Virus record (IMG/VR): IMGVR_UViG_3300042090_000890
Coordinates: 1-64,000 of that record
Strand: one strand, 5' to 3'
Length of the DNA stretch: 64,000 nt
From: a virus
Positions within the stretch are counted from its first letter, which is position 1. Each line of letters starts with the position of its first letter. Shown here piece by piece: positions 17,827-27,054 of this stretch. The translations under genes were made by a program, and so were the position numbers. The notes beneath the pieces were generated by a model that was given only the letters and a program-made list of their open reading frames with translations, did not search any database and was not told the DNA's origin.

Positions 17827-20800
17827 CTATGACATGTTATATTTTTCCAGATCAGATTCTGCGAGCAAAGGATTGATCGATCCGAGCTGGACGCCGCGCG
17901 GCGAAATATAGAAAGAGGCGAGAACCGGCAGCTTCTTATATCCGATCTCTGCGGAATCAGACTCTTTTGGCGGCCACAGCATTTCCTCAGTGAAGAAACC
18001 GTTGACGTCAAGTACCATCTTGTTCGCATACTTGGTTTTATTTTTGTATGGGAACGATTTCTCTGAGATGACATACGCGAGCACGTAGAACCGGCGTTCG
18101 TTGGGCGAGATACGAGCCGGATGGTACGTATTGTCGCCGCCATACGGTAGCAGTCTGTCGAACATCTGTCCGAGCCGTTCAGCCGGTACGCCAGCTGTAA
18201 ACTTAGATTTGAACAATTCTAACAGGTTGCCGTCCAGTACCGGGAACCCGTCCTGTGTGAACCACCCGTTTACCTCGTGATCCGCCACGATCGGCATCTG
18301 CCGCCCGCCACGGTTCTTGAGCATGACCGGTCGAAGGTCCTCGGAATGGATCTGAACCAATTCTTTACGTAGCAGGTACTTGCCTAGCAAGGATATGGAG
18401 GAGAACTCTTCCGGAATGGCCTCTGGCCTTTTGCCGCGAACTTCTCCGCGAACCTTTTCGAACTCGAATAACTTATCCTCGATCATTACACTCGTAGTGA
18501 ACAACGAATCCAATACTCCAGCCGCAATGAGCTTCCTGGCTATACCGGCGTTGACTGCCGATTTTCTAACCGCCGCAGTCTTTTCTTGGGCTTGACCGGA
18601 TTCTTTGGCAGCTTTCTTGACTTTGGCGGCAACTTTCTTGGCCTGCTCCTCTTCCTTGGTCGGGAAGTGGCTGCGTACAAAATGTTCGAGAGAAGTATAC
18701 GGCTTGCAGCGCATTAAATCTTCGTACGCCTTTTCGCCTACGCCGGACAGAATCGAAAAAGGCGCCACAATACGCTCACCGACGATTTCATACGATTCTG
18801 TTGACATATTAATGTCTGGCAGAGCCGTGAATTCTTTGACGTGCTTCCAAAATTTTGTCGCCAACTCATCCTTCGAAGAGTTTGAAAGGATCGCCTTCCA
18901 CCAGTCAAGTTTATAATTAGTCTTGAGGTACATACAGGCGTATGCGACATAAGAGTACGAAACGGCGTGAGATTTGTTGAAAGAGTAATTGGCTGATGCG
19001 TCGATCTGTTCCATCAACAATTTTACTTGATTTTCGCTCCATCCGCGAGCAAGAGCTTTGTCTCTGAGCTTCATGGTAGCGTCTGCCAGAACTTTCTTAT
19101 TCTTTTTACCAATACCGCGTCGGACTTCATCTGCTTCCGCGTCGTCCATACCGCCGATATCCGTAAAAATCTTCATAGTCTGTTCTTGGTAGAGCTGAAT
19201 CCCGTACGTGTCTCTTAGAATCGGTTCAAGATCCGGATGTAGATATTTGATCGCTTCGCCGTTCGCGCAGGATAGAAATACGTCCGCCAGAGTGCGACCG
19301 TCGCCGGAAGGCGCGTCGAGAGTACCAGGTCGGCAGAGAGAGGTGATCGCCGCATTTATCTCGATCAAATCTACCAGATTCTTTATCTTATCCGGCTTCA
19401 CAATCTTGGTCTGGTAAGGTCGCACGGTTGGAGTATCGAACTGGAAGACACCAATCGTGTTACCGGCTGCGAACTGCTCTGCGCATTTCGGGTCATACGG
19501 CAAATGGAACGGGTCCAACTGCAAACCTGTGCGCTCTTTGATCGACTTGACGGCCAGTCTGATATCCCGCAATGTGTTCAGTCCGAGAAGGTCGAATTTG
19601 ACCAGACCGGCGGCTTCTGCAGGCTTTGGCGAGAACGCAGTAGTAAATTCGTCGTTCACCTTGATGATCGGGACGTAATCTGTGATAGGACGGTCTGCGA
19701 TCACAAACCCGCATGGGTGCGACGACTTGTTGCGCACGATACCGAGCATCTCTGACACGACCTTCCACGTGTCCGGATTCTCGTCCGCATACTGTTTAAG
19801 GAACATGTTGGTGTCGTACAGGCCCGGCGTGTGGACCCCGTCCTTGTCGGACCCGAACACGAAAGCCTCGTCGTCAGTACCTTGCGGAGTGGAAGGCAAC
19901 TTGGTACATAGCCGCTCTGTGGCGGGCCGGACTTGGCCGTATTGCGCCCGCTCAGCGTCTTTGATTGATGACTTCAGCCGGAGGAGCATGTCGATTGAAA
20001 GTCTGCACGCCTTGTCGCCGTACTTCTGTTTAAGGTATTCGATGACAGTCTCTTGGTCAGACACGTCCATATCGACGTCGGGCAGGTTGTTGGCTTTGAT
20101 CCGACCGGCTGTTAGAAAACGACCGAATGACAGGTTGTGTTTCAGCGGATTAACGCCTGACACGCCGATCAGGTACATCAGAAGTGACCCGGCAGCTGAT
20201 CCCCGCACATTCATAAGCACATCATTGTTCCGGCAAAAGTTGGCGATGTCCTCGATCGTTTCGACGTATGACAGAAGGTTCAGTTTCCCGTTGAACGCCA
20301 GAATCTGCACTTCTTTTTTGAGCTGTTCGAGCATAACCGGGTCGCCCCAGTCCATACGGCCCCATTTGTCGATCGTACCTTTCAGCCGACCGAGGAACCC
20401 TTCAGCATCACCGGCTAAGATCCATCGCTCTTTCGAAGTTTGAAGTTTGAAACCGTCGAAATTGGATGCCCACGCATACGAGTTGTCGACCCACTCTTCG
20501 ATTTTCTTGTCGGATACTCCGAGAGATTTCTGCAGGATGGCGGCTGCTTCTTCCGTCGGCATGATATGATACGAGTTGTGGAAGCGCCAGTTCTCTTCGC
20601 CGTTGCCTAACTTGGCGTCTTGAATGACTTTTTGATCTTCTGTCGCAAAATGAGAATCGAGCGAGATTATTACTCGGTCGCCGTTTTGTTCGGCCAGTGC
20701 GATCACAAACTGATTCAACGGCTTTTGCAGGTCGCCTTCCGGCGCGTGATGGGTACATTCGTGCGGCTTGTAATATCCTTCTTTAACTATGCGACCATCT

Positions 20801-21504
20801 TCACCTTTTTCGGGTTTCTGCCAGTCGTGGGTCACCGTATGCGGGAACACTTCGATGAAAAATCCGTCTTTACCGGCTATTTCACGCATTTTGAAATACA
20901 TCCAGTTCGCTTTTTCGACGGACGGTTGAATGAGACCGTCGCGGGAAGCCATTAGAAAGTTTTGGACTGGACCTTTCATGCAAGACGAGCCAATCGTTAT
21001 GTGCCCGGCTGCGCCTTCCAGCTCCGCCAGCGTGATCATTGGCTTCAGCTCGTCGTACTTTTTTACGGCGCGAGAGTACATCGCCTTCGACAGCCCGCAG
21101 AAGTACCGGTACGCCCACTCGTCTTTGAAATGGATGGTTACGTGCAGGTATTGATTCATAGCCTTCGACTGTATGGCGCGCTCGATCGCCTCGGTGTTAC
21201 CTTCTTTGATGCGCGGCTTCCATACGCCGGTTCGATATGCTTCACGGTAGATGGCCACATACTCTTCATGGTACGGGTTTACCATGTATGCTTCGATGCC
21301 TAGGATAGGCTTGAGATTCGCTCCGGCGGCGGCGGTATACAAGTCCATCGCTGAGTTCATATTGCCGTGCTCCGTTAGGCACACGTGGGTCGCGCCGAGC
21401 TGCGCGTTGCGTTTGACGATCTGTTTGACCGTCGACGCGCCATCGAGGCTGTGGTCCGAATGTGAATGCGGATTGATGAGCTGCCGGAATTTTCTATCGT
21501 TCAT
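17827..21504 (-). CDS. dnaE: DNA polymerase III alpha subunit (family C)
   Basis: PHP motifs HSHSDHS/TEHG/DSH; RGSAAGSL; catalytic PDVDMD; KFDLLGL; FNKSHA. Confidence 0.95.
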   Translation of the reverse strand: MNDRKFRQLINPHSHSDHSLDGASTVKQIVKRNAQLGATHVCLTEHGNMNSAMDLYTAAAGANLKPILGIEAYMVNPYHEEYVAIYREAYRTGVWKPRIKEGNTEAIERAIQSKAMNQYLHVTIHFKDEWAYRYFCGLSKAMYSRAVKKYDELKPMITLAELEGAAGHITIGSSCMKGPVQNFLMASRDGLIQPSVEKANWMYFKMREIAGKDGFFIEVFPHTVTHDWQKPEKGEDGRIVKEGYYKPHECTHHAPEGDLQKPLNQFVIALAEQNGDRVIISLDSHFATEDQKVIQDAKLGNGEENWRFHNSYHIMPTEEAAAILQKSLGVSDKKIEEWVDNSYAWASNFDGFKLQTSKERWILAGDAEGFLGRLKGTIDKWGRMDWGDPVMLEQLKKEVQILAFNGKLNLLSYVETIEDIANFCRNNDVLMNVRGSAAGSLLMYLIGVSGVNPLKHNLSFGRFLTAGRIKANNLPDVDMDVSDQETVIEYLKQKYGDKACRLSIDMLLRLKSSIKDAERAQYGQVRPATERLCTKLPSTPQGTDDEAFVFGSDKDGVHTPGLYDTNMFLKQYADENPDTWKVVSEMLGIVRNKSSHPCGFVIADRPITDYVPIIKVNDEFTTAFSPKPAEAAGLVKFDLLGLNTLRDIRLAVKSIKERTGLQLDPFHLPYDPKCAEQFAAGNTIGVFQFDTPTVRPYQTKIVKPDKIKNLVDLIEINAAITSLCRPGTLDAPSGDGRTLADVFLSCANGEAIKYLHPDLEPILRDTYGIQLYQEQTMKIFTDIGGMDDAEADEVRRGIGKKNKKVLADATMKLRDKALARGWSENQVKLLMEQIDASANYSFNKSHAVSYSYVAYACMYLKTNYKLDWWKAILSNSSKDELATKFWKHVKEFTALPDINMSTESYEIVGERIVAPFSILSGVGEKAYEDLMRCKPYTSLEHFVRSHFPTKEEEQAKKVAAKVKKAAKESGQAQEKTAAVRKSAVNAGIARKLIAAGVLDSLFTTSVMIEDKLFEFEKVRGEVRGKRPEAIPEEFSSISLLGKYLLRKELVQIHSEDLRPVMLKNRGGRQMPIVADHEVNGWFTQDGFPVLDGNLLELFKSKFTAGVPAERLGQMFDRLLPYGGDNTYHPARISPNERRFYVLAYVISEKSFPYKNKTKYANKMVLDVNGFFTEEMLWPPKESDSAEIGYKKLPVLASFYISPRGVQLGSINPLLAESDLEKYNMS

Positions 21505-21715
21505 TAGGTACCATACCCTCTCGGAGCTTAAGGATAGCAGATTTGTATAAATCTTCAAGCTCTTGTTGCGTAATGCACAAGGCCTTGCAGATCACGCTAT
21601 CTGGCGCGCCGTCGGGGTAGTAGTCGAGGAACGCTCTGAGAGAGTTGGAATGCTTTGGAGCATGGATATAGTCAGAATCTCTGGATATTTTGATGAGTTC
21701 TTCTTTCTTAATCAC
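21494..21715 (-). CDS. small protein, possible HTH (sigma region 4-like)
   Basis: VICKALCITQQEL...AILKLR pattern. Confidence 0.4.
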   Translation of the reverse strand: MIKKEELIKISRDSDYIHAPKHSNSLRAFLDYYPDGAPDSVICKALCITQQELEDLYKSAILKLREGMVPNER

Positions 21716-22082
21716 GTTTGAACTCCAACACCTTGCACTGCAGCGCCGGTATTTCGCCTTGCAGCCGGGCTATCTCGGCCTCGACGATCTTGATGCTCTT
21801 AGCGGTGATCGGTATCTGCTTGCGTAGGTGTATGACGGATGCCCAGTTGTATATACGTTGGTCACGGATCGTTCGATACTCTCGGAGGGATACCGCTTCG
21901 GCGTATTTGCGGAGATAGCTCAACGTGGTGTCTATGCTTTCGACATTCGACTCGGCGCGGGCTAACTCTTCTTCGGATTTCCGCAGCTCGTACTTCAGCT
22001 TTTCTAAGTCGGATTTGGCAGTTGCAAGCTGAAATTCAGCATGCAAATATGCCGGATTTTCATTGGTGAACCAGAGAACCAT
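21708..22082 (-). CDS. coiled-coil hypothetical protein
   Basis: ORF in operon. Confidence 0.55.
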   Translation of the reverse strand: MVLWFTNENPAYLHAEFQLATAKSDLEKLKYELRKSEEELARAESNVESIDTTLSYLRKYAEAVSLREYRTIRDQRIYNWASVIHLRKQIPITAKSIKIVEAEIARLQGEIPALQCKVLEFKRD

Positions 22083-22083
22083 T

Positions 22084-22404
22084 TCATTTTTGAGCCTTGC
22101 TGTCCCTGCAGACGTTGCACGTCAAGTATGTTTTCTGCGTCCCATCTCTCAGCTTGATGTTGAGAGGTACGTACACACCTTTCTGGCAGTTATCGCAGAC
22201 AAGACTATCTCCCCGCTTACGCGCCTTTTTGTCTTCGTGTTCTGTGTGGTCCGGGGATTCGGCAAGAAGATCGTCGATCATACCTTGAGCTTTTTCAAGG
22301 TCGCGTCGCAATCTAGTATTTTCACGCTTCAAGGAATCCGCTTGCCTTTTGAGCATTCGAATCTTGTTGTCCTTGTCGCCGCGATCACCGTAAGTCCGGC
22401 TCAC
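22084..22404 (-). CDS. coiled-coil plus Zn-ribbon protein
   Basis: CDNC...CNVC. Confidence 0.6.
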   Translation of the reverse strand: MSRTYGDRGDKDNKIRMLKRQADSLKRENTRLRRDLEKAQGMIDDLLAESPDHTEHEDKKARKRGDSLVCDNCQKGVYVPLNIKLRDGTQKTYLTCNVCRDSKAQK

Positions 22405-22422
22405 ACAAGCCTCACAAAGACA

Positions 22423-23718
22423 TTATACGTCAATTCCTTTAAATGGCTCGATGATCTTGTCGAGGGATGCGTCCAACTCGGCGCCTTGGGCATTGATGAA
22501 CCTCTGATCGCCTACGGCGAATTTTTCCGTCGTCTCCCAGATGACCTGGTCCTGCGGCGAGCGCATGATGCTCAGCGTCTGAGCGAAAGAGTTCGGTGGA
22601 ACCAATGGCCCGTTTAGGAACAGGTAGGTCCCATTCGGTAAATGGATACAAAGCGAAATGTGAACGTGACCCATCGCGACAACTGCTAACTTCTCATCGT
22701 CTTTGAGCGATGAGTTCAGTCTGTTGATGCGGTCTTCGATGGAACGGATCGAGATCGTATTGCCTGGGTTGCCGACGGCCAAGTTGGTGTCACCATGCGT
22801 CACGTATACTTTGTGGCCGAGAGCTTCGTAGATGACCCACGGCGTTAACGGCTGGTGGAATGTGACATTTTTTAGATGCGAGCACGCTTTCTTGACGGCG
22901 TAATAGATCGTGGTTTCAACCGCGTTCCACTTCATCGACGTCGCGCGTCCGTGGTGGACTGCCATGTCTCGACCATGGTTGCCGACGGCAAAGTTGACTA
23001 CCACTTCTGGGTAGTTCTCTGCCAAACGACCGATGCCTTGCGACAGAAGGTGAATGGCGCGGCACGCCTGCTCGTGGATCGGAGCAGCGGTAGACTTGTC
23101 GTGAAGTTCGTTCTCGATTACGTCACCGATGATGTTCGCTACCAAGCGCGTTTCCGAGCGGTAGTGGGTCTTGTATGCACAGACGTTCTTGATCACGCGG
23201 GCGAACGACCGAGCCTCCTCGACCTTGCCCCACGAAATGCCGGTCTCTTCCGAGGAAATGTCCGAGCCAAAGTGCAAGTCCGACAGGAGAAGATTTACAA
23301 CGCGCTTTATGGGCTTGTACGCGTCTTTTGGTTTGAATGGCGCCATTCTGATCGGCTTGAGCTGGCTGATGGCCGCTTCCATACGCTCGATGAACAGATC
23401 GCGAAGTTCAAGCTCTCGTTCGGTCTTAAGGTATTTCTTGCGAAGTTCTTTCACTTCGCCGATGGTCGCACGGTCTTTCGGAAGGTCTTTCTCGAAGAAC
23501 AGCTTTTTGACGGCGTTGTATCCGCCGACTTTGCGGAGCTGCCATTCTTTGAAGTAGCCGCCGTTTGCGTAATAGTCTGGAAGCGTGAGAAGTCCAGGTT
23601 CGACGTCTGCCTGTTCTGCGACAGTCCGAATATCGTTGGCTATCGCGTTCAGCAGCTTTTGGCCTGTAAGCCTAGAAACACCGGTCTCTGGCTTTACAGC
23701 CTTTTTCTTCTTGGACAT
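22423..23718 (-). CDS. calcineurin-like metallophosphoesterase
   Basis: SDLH, GD, GNHG, THGD, GHVH motifs. Confidence 0.85.
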   Translation of the reverse strand: MSKKKKAVKPETGVSRLTGQKLLNAIANDIRTVAEQADVEPGLLTLPDYYANGGYFKEWQLRKVGGYNAVKKLFFEKDLPKDRATIGEVKELRKKYLKTERELELRDLFIERMEAAISQLKPIRMAPFKPKDAYKPIKRVVNLLLSDLHFGSDISSEETGISWGKVEEARSFARVIKNVCAYKTHYRSETRLVANIIGDVIENELHDKSTAAPIHEQACRAIHLLSQGIGRLAENYPEVVVNFAVGNHGRDMAVHHGRATSMKWNAVETTIYYAVKKACSHLKNVTFHQPLTPWVIYEALGHKVYVTHGDTNLAVGNPGNTISIRSIEDRINRLNSSLKDDEKLAVVAMGHVHISLCIHLPNGTYLFLNGPLVPPNSFAQTLSIMRSPQDQVIWETTEKFAVGDQRFINAQGAELDASLDKIIEPFKGIDV

Positions 23719-23734
23719 CTATACCGCCTGTGGT

Positions 23735-24466
23735 TCAGGTTTGTTCGGATGCTGGAGACGTAGCTGGGGAGTCGATAACGCCCGGCGGGACTGCCGGTTC
23801 ACCTTCGCCCTTCGCGTAAATCTTAACATACGAGTACACCTGAACGATGGTTGTTGAGAGGACTCCATCGTCAAGATTAAGATTTACCACGTCATTTGCA
23901 GCTTTTCCAAGGTAATTTTGCTTCGTATCCTTTTCGAGTTCAGGATTGGCAAAATTGAGTACCCGATATTCCGAAATGATTTCAGGTGTTTTGGACTCAT
24001 CTTTCGGAGTAAATGTCTGCGACACAATGACCATAGATTCCGACTCGATGACGGGAGATTCTTCGATGATTTTCAACTTCAGCATGCCTTCGACTTGCCC
24101 GCGATCGTTTTCTTCCTGTGACTTCCTGAGATTTGTCATGACATTTTTCTGGTTGAGTACCTTCGTCTCCGACAGCTCTGTCACGACCGCTGCGAACATC
24201 TTTGAAAGTGACGCGAACGAAGATTCAAGACCCATGCATCGGGTAATGATAGCGTTATTCTGCTCGTTCAGGTTCTTGTGTCTGACATTGACGCCTTCGG
24301 TGATATTCTGTATCGCCTTGGTCAGCGTTGCCAGATCCTTCCGGAGGTTGCCGACATCCTGGTTGATCGTCGGCATGCTCATGGCCAGCTTTTCGAAAAC
24401 AGCCAGCTTCGGAGTTAAGGAGGCGAGGGATTGCTCAATCTTCGCGATCTTATCGAGTGTGTTCAT
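23735..24466 (-). CDS. coiled-coil hypothetical protein
   Basis: ORF with RBS. Confidence 0.65.
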   Translation of the reverse strand: MNTLDKIAKIEQSLASLTPKLAVFEKLAMSMPTINQDVGNLRKDLATLTKAIQNITEGVNVRHKNLNEQNNAIITRCMGLESSFASLSKMFAAVVTELSETKVLNQKNVMTNLRKSQEENDRGQVEGMLKLKIIEESPVIESESMVIVSQTFTPKDESKTPEIISEYRVLNFANPELEKDTKQNYLGKAANDVVNLNLDDGVLSTTIVQVYSYVKIYAKGEGEPAVPPGVIDSPATSPASEQT

Positions 24467-24475
24467 GCGTACTGT

Positions 24476-25348
24476 TTACCTCTGTTTAAGCATCATGTCA
24501 AGGGCTGCGGATAAACTGCCGGTGCCAGCTCCCGCGTCAGAACCACCGCCGCCTTCGCCGATACCTGGTGAATTGCGTATGCGAGCTACCTGACGAGCGT
24601 TGAGCATGTCCATTTGGGCCTGAGAAGGCATTGGCTGCGGTGGGCGGATAGTCGAGACTGCTTGCGAAAGGTCTTGGCCGGTAAAGGCATTAACGTTGTT
24701 CGACTTCTTGCGCGGTGCGTTCGGCTTGGCCGGTGCGGCGGGTGCCGCAGCCTGTGCTGGTACGTCTTCGGTAGAAATGACTTGGCCGTTGCGCTTAACT
24801 ACCCGGCGGGTAACGGTCTTGCGTGTGGTCGTTGTTGGCGCTGGAGCGGCCACGGGCGGTGCGACCTGTACGTGCTGATGCGTAGTAGGAAGCTCTTGAA
24901 TCTGAGGCTGTGGCACTTGTACGGCGCTTATAGACGGAACGGATGACACGAGCCGGTTCTTCTCGACCAACTTGCGAGCGATATCCTTCAGTGCGACCGT
25001 TTCTTCGTCCGAAAATGGAGATTTGACCTGGATCGGTTGCATTGAGCCAATGTGGCCTGGCTTGCCGTCGGCTTTGATGCCGAGCAGCACTTCCAACCGG
25101 AACTGGATGAATTCTTTGAATTCTTTGCGAACAGCCTTGATGATTTCTGGCCGGGCCGAACCGGGAGCGAACAGTTGGTGATTCAGAAGCGCTTCGTACA
25201 GTTTGGCTTGTTCGATGCGGGCGATGGCCTCGTTGATGATGGAAGTGGTCGCCTCGGCCTCTTCCGTCTCTTCGATAACCTCTTCTTCGATTTCCTCGAC
25301 GATCTCTTCTATGTCAGTATCGAGAAAATTACTGTTCACATCGTTCAT
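24476..25348 (-). CDS. hypothetical protein, acidic N-terminus and low-complexity C-terminus
   Basis: ORF 5 nt downstream of TGGTATAAT. Confidence 0.65.
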   Translation of the reverse strand: MNDVNSNFLDTDIEEIVEEIEEEVIEETEEAEATTSIINEAIARIEQAKLYEALLNHQLFAPGSARPEIIKAVRKEFKEFIQFRLEVLLGIKADGKPGHIGSMQPIQVKSPFSDEETVALKDIARKLVEKNRLVSSVPSISAVQVPQPQIQELPTTHQHVQVAPPVAAPAPTTTTRKTVTRRVVKRNGQVISTEDVPAQAAAPAAPAKPNAPRKKSNNVNAFTGQDLSQAVSTIRPPQPMPSQAQMDMLNARQVARIRNSPGIGEGGGGSDAGAGTGSLSAALDMMLKQR

Positions 25349-25353
25349 GCAGT

Positions 25354-25362
25354 ATTATACCA
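25354..25362 (-). promoter_or_regulatory. extended -10 TGGTATAAT overlapping the stop codon of the RuvC-like gene
   Basis: GTG GTA TAA T. Confidence 0.55.
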
Positions 25363-25969
25363 CAGTTTTCTGTTGCGGAGATAAAACCACGTTTAAATCG
25401 ACTTGGACGGCCACTGGAAAGGCTATCTTGAAGGACTCGTTGTGCCCGTACGTTGCGAGGCAAACAGCGTCGGCGATGTCATGGTCTTTTTTCAGAAGTT
25501 CGAGTTTGTATTTCTCGTTAACCCAGGCTACAGCCAGATGCTTCGGCGTTACCTTGCCGCGAGCTTCTTTAGACTTCACGGCCTTATTATGCTTGCGCTG
25601 GTCTTTCGATAGCTTGATTTCCAGCCTTGAACGCCAACGCGAGGTGTCAACATACTCCGTCTTTGGTGCCCACGGTGTGGCCATTATCCAGTCAAGAGTG
25701 AGGCAATGGATGAACTCCAACTGCTTTTGGTCCGTACGGAACGAGCCTTGATTTGTTTGCTCTATGATGATTTTGTCTGGCTCCGAATTCAAAACCAGTT
25801 TGGCAATTTCATTTCTCATATCGCGGGCGCGGCAGAGAAGCGAGAAGTCAGAGCAGAGTGATGGGTCGTCGACGTGCGGCGCTTTCATCAACCCGTATGA
25901 AAGAAGAACGCCGTCTTGTAGGACGGCGTATCCAGTCTTTGTGCTTATATCGAGTCCGAGGATTCTCAC
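25355..25969 (-). CDS. RuvC-like Holliday junction resolvase
   Basis: ILGLDISTKTGYAV, IIIEQ, HDIADAVCL acidic catalytic pattern. Confidence 0.8.
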   Translation of the reverse strand: MRILGLDISTKTGYAVLQDGVLLSYGLMKAPHVDDPSLCSDFSLLCRARDMRNEIAKLVLNSEPDKIIIEQTNQGSFRTDQKQLEFIHCLTLDWIMATPWAPKTEYVDTSRWRSRLEIKLSKDQRKHNKAVKSKEARGKVTPKHLAVAWVNEKYKLELLKKDHDIADAVCLATYGHNESFKIAFPVAVQVDLNVVLSPQQKTVV

Positions 25970-26262
25970 GGAGCTTTTCCGCGCTCTTCCAGGATTTTGT
26001 AGACCAACTTACGTTTGAGTTTGAGAGCGGCGAGAGGTTCAGTGTACGTCTTCGCTGCCTGTTTAGCCTGCTCTCGCAGACTTTTCAAGTCTTTGTCTTT
26101 TTCCATCTCATTCTCGTTAAGCGTCACCTGAATGGCGATCGTCGCTAAACGGCTTCTGAGATTGTCATCGGTCGCACCGTAGACTTCTTGGGCAAACGTT
26201 TCGTCAACGTCTTTAACTTTGTCCCATAGAGTCTTCGGACCTTTGCGTGCTCGGCGTGCCAT
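25966..26262 (-). CDS. basic helical hypothetical protein
   Basis: AGGAG RBS; GTGA overlap. Confidence 0.6.
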   Translation of the reverse strand: MARRARKGPKTLWDKVKDVDETFAQEVYGATDDNLRSRLATIAIQVTLNENEMEKDKDLKSLREQAKQAAKTYTEPLAALKLKRKLVYKILEERGKAP

Positions 26263-26271
26263 CGACAGCTC

Positions 26272-26601
26272 CTACTGAACTGTCGCTGGTGCTGGGCTTG
26301 CGTCCGTGCCGGATGCGCTTTGGCTTCCGGAGTCAGATGCAGGTGCCGGTGCAGGATCGCTGCCACTCGGAGCTGCTCCGCTGGAAGAATCGGCTGCCGG
26401 TGCGGCGCCTGCTGCCTTGTCAGCCTCTGCTTTTTCTGCAGCGGTCTGCTCGGTTACAGTCTGCAACGCGAAGATCGCGCCTTTCAACTGTTCCCGTCGG
26501 CTTTGCAACATTTCCAGATTTTGCTGGAGTTGCGTGATCTGCTGATTCGTTTGGTTCAGCTGATCAGTAAAATTTTTCGTGAGATTCTCTACTGCTTTCA
26601 T
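26272..26601 (-). CDS. coiled-coil protein with Ala/Ser/Pro tail
   Basis: AGGAGG RBS, upstream TGGTATAAT. Confidence 0.65.
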   Translation of the reverse strand: MKAVENLTKNFTDQLNQTNQQITQLQQNLEMLQSRREQLKGAIFALQTVTEQTAAEKAEADKAAGAAPAADSSSGAAPSGSDPAPAPASDSGSQSASGTDASPAPATVQ

Positions 26602-26618
26602 GGGTACCTCCTATTCAC

Positions 26619-26627
26619 ATTATACCA
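26619..26627 (-). promoter_or_regulatory. extended -10 TGGTATAAT overlapping upstream stop
   Basis: ATG GTA TAA T. Confidence 0.55.
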
Positions 26628-27054
26628 TACAATCGGGCTCGGCAGTCCAAAGAATATCTAAATCAACGAATTTTTCGTCGTGGATAGCCGACGCGACGGC
26701 TCGGACGCCGAATTTTCCGATCTCTTTGTACTTCGAATCCATCTGAGAAACGTAGTCGACGAAGGCGCTGAACTTCATTTCCCACCGACGGATGAACTCG
26801 AACGGGATACCTTCGGCGAGCGAGACTGACTTGGCGTACCGGCGATGGTCCTCGGCTGTAAAAAAGACTCGGATCTGTCCTTCGAGAGCTTCGGCGCCGT
26901 CCGGAGCTTTTTCTAAGAAGATTTGGCCGATCTGGTCTTCGTTGTTGACAATGCAGATATAAACACTTGAATCAGCTACCATTGTTTCAAAATATCTTGT
27001 GTACAGAATTGGCGGGATGAACGGTCTGAATTCGAAGCTAAACTGCGTTGACAT
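26620..27054 (-). CDS. hypothetical protein
   Basis: Start placed at ATG 27054. Confidence 0.6.
   Translation of the reverse strand: MSTQFSFEFRPFIPPILYTRYFETMVADSSVYICIVNNEDQIGQIFLEKAPDGAEALEGQIRVFFTAEDHRRYAKSVSLAEGIPFEFIRRWEMKFSAFVDYVSQMDSKYKEIGKFGVRAVASAIHDEKFVDLDILWTAEPDCMV

Noticed and set aside
17827-21504. Intein or intron in dnaE (also checked terL and helicases)
   Set aside because: Lengths are normal, frames are continuous, and no intein splice or LAGLIDADG motifs are evident.
22876-23763. 295-aa plus-strand ORF
   Set aside because: Antisense shadow of the metallophosphoesterase; no motifs or RBS.
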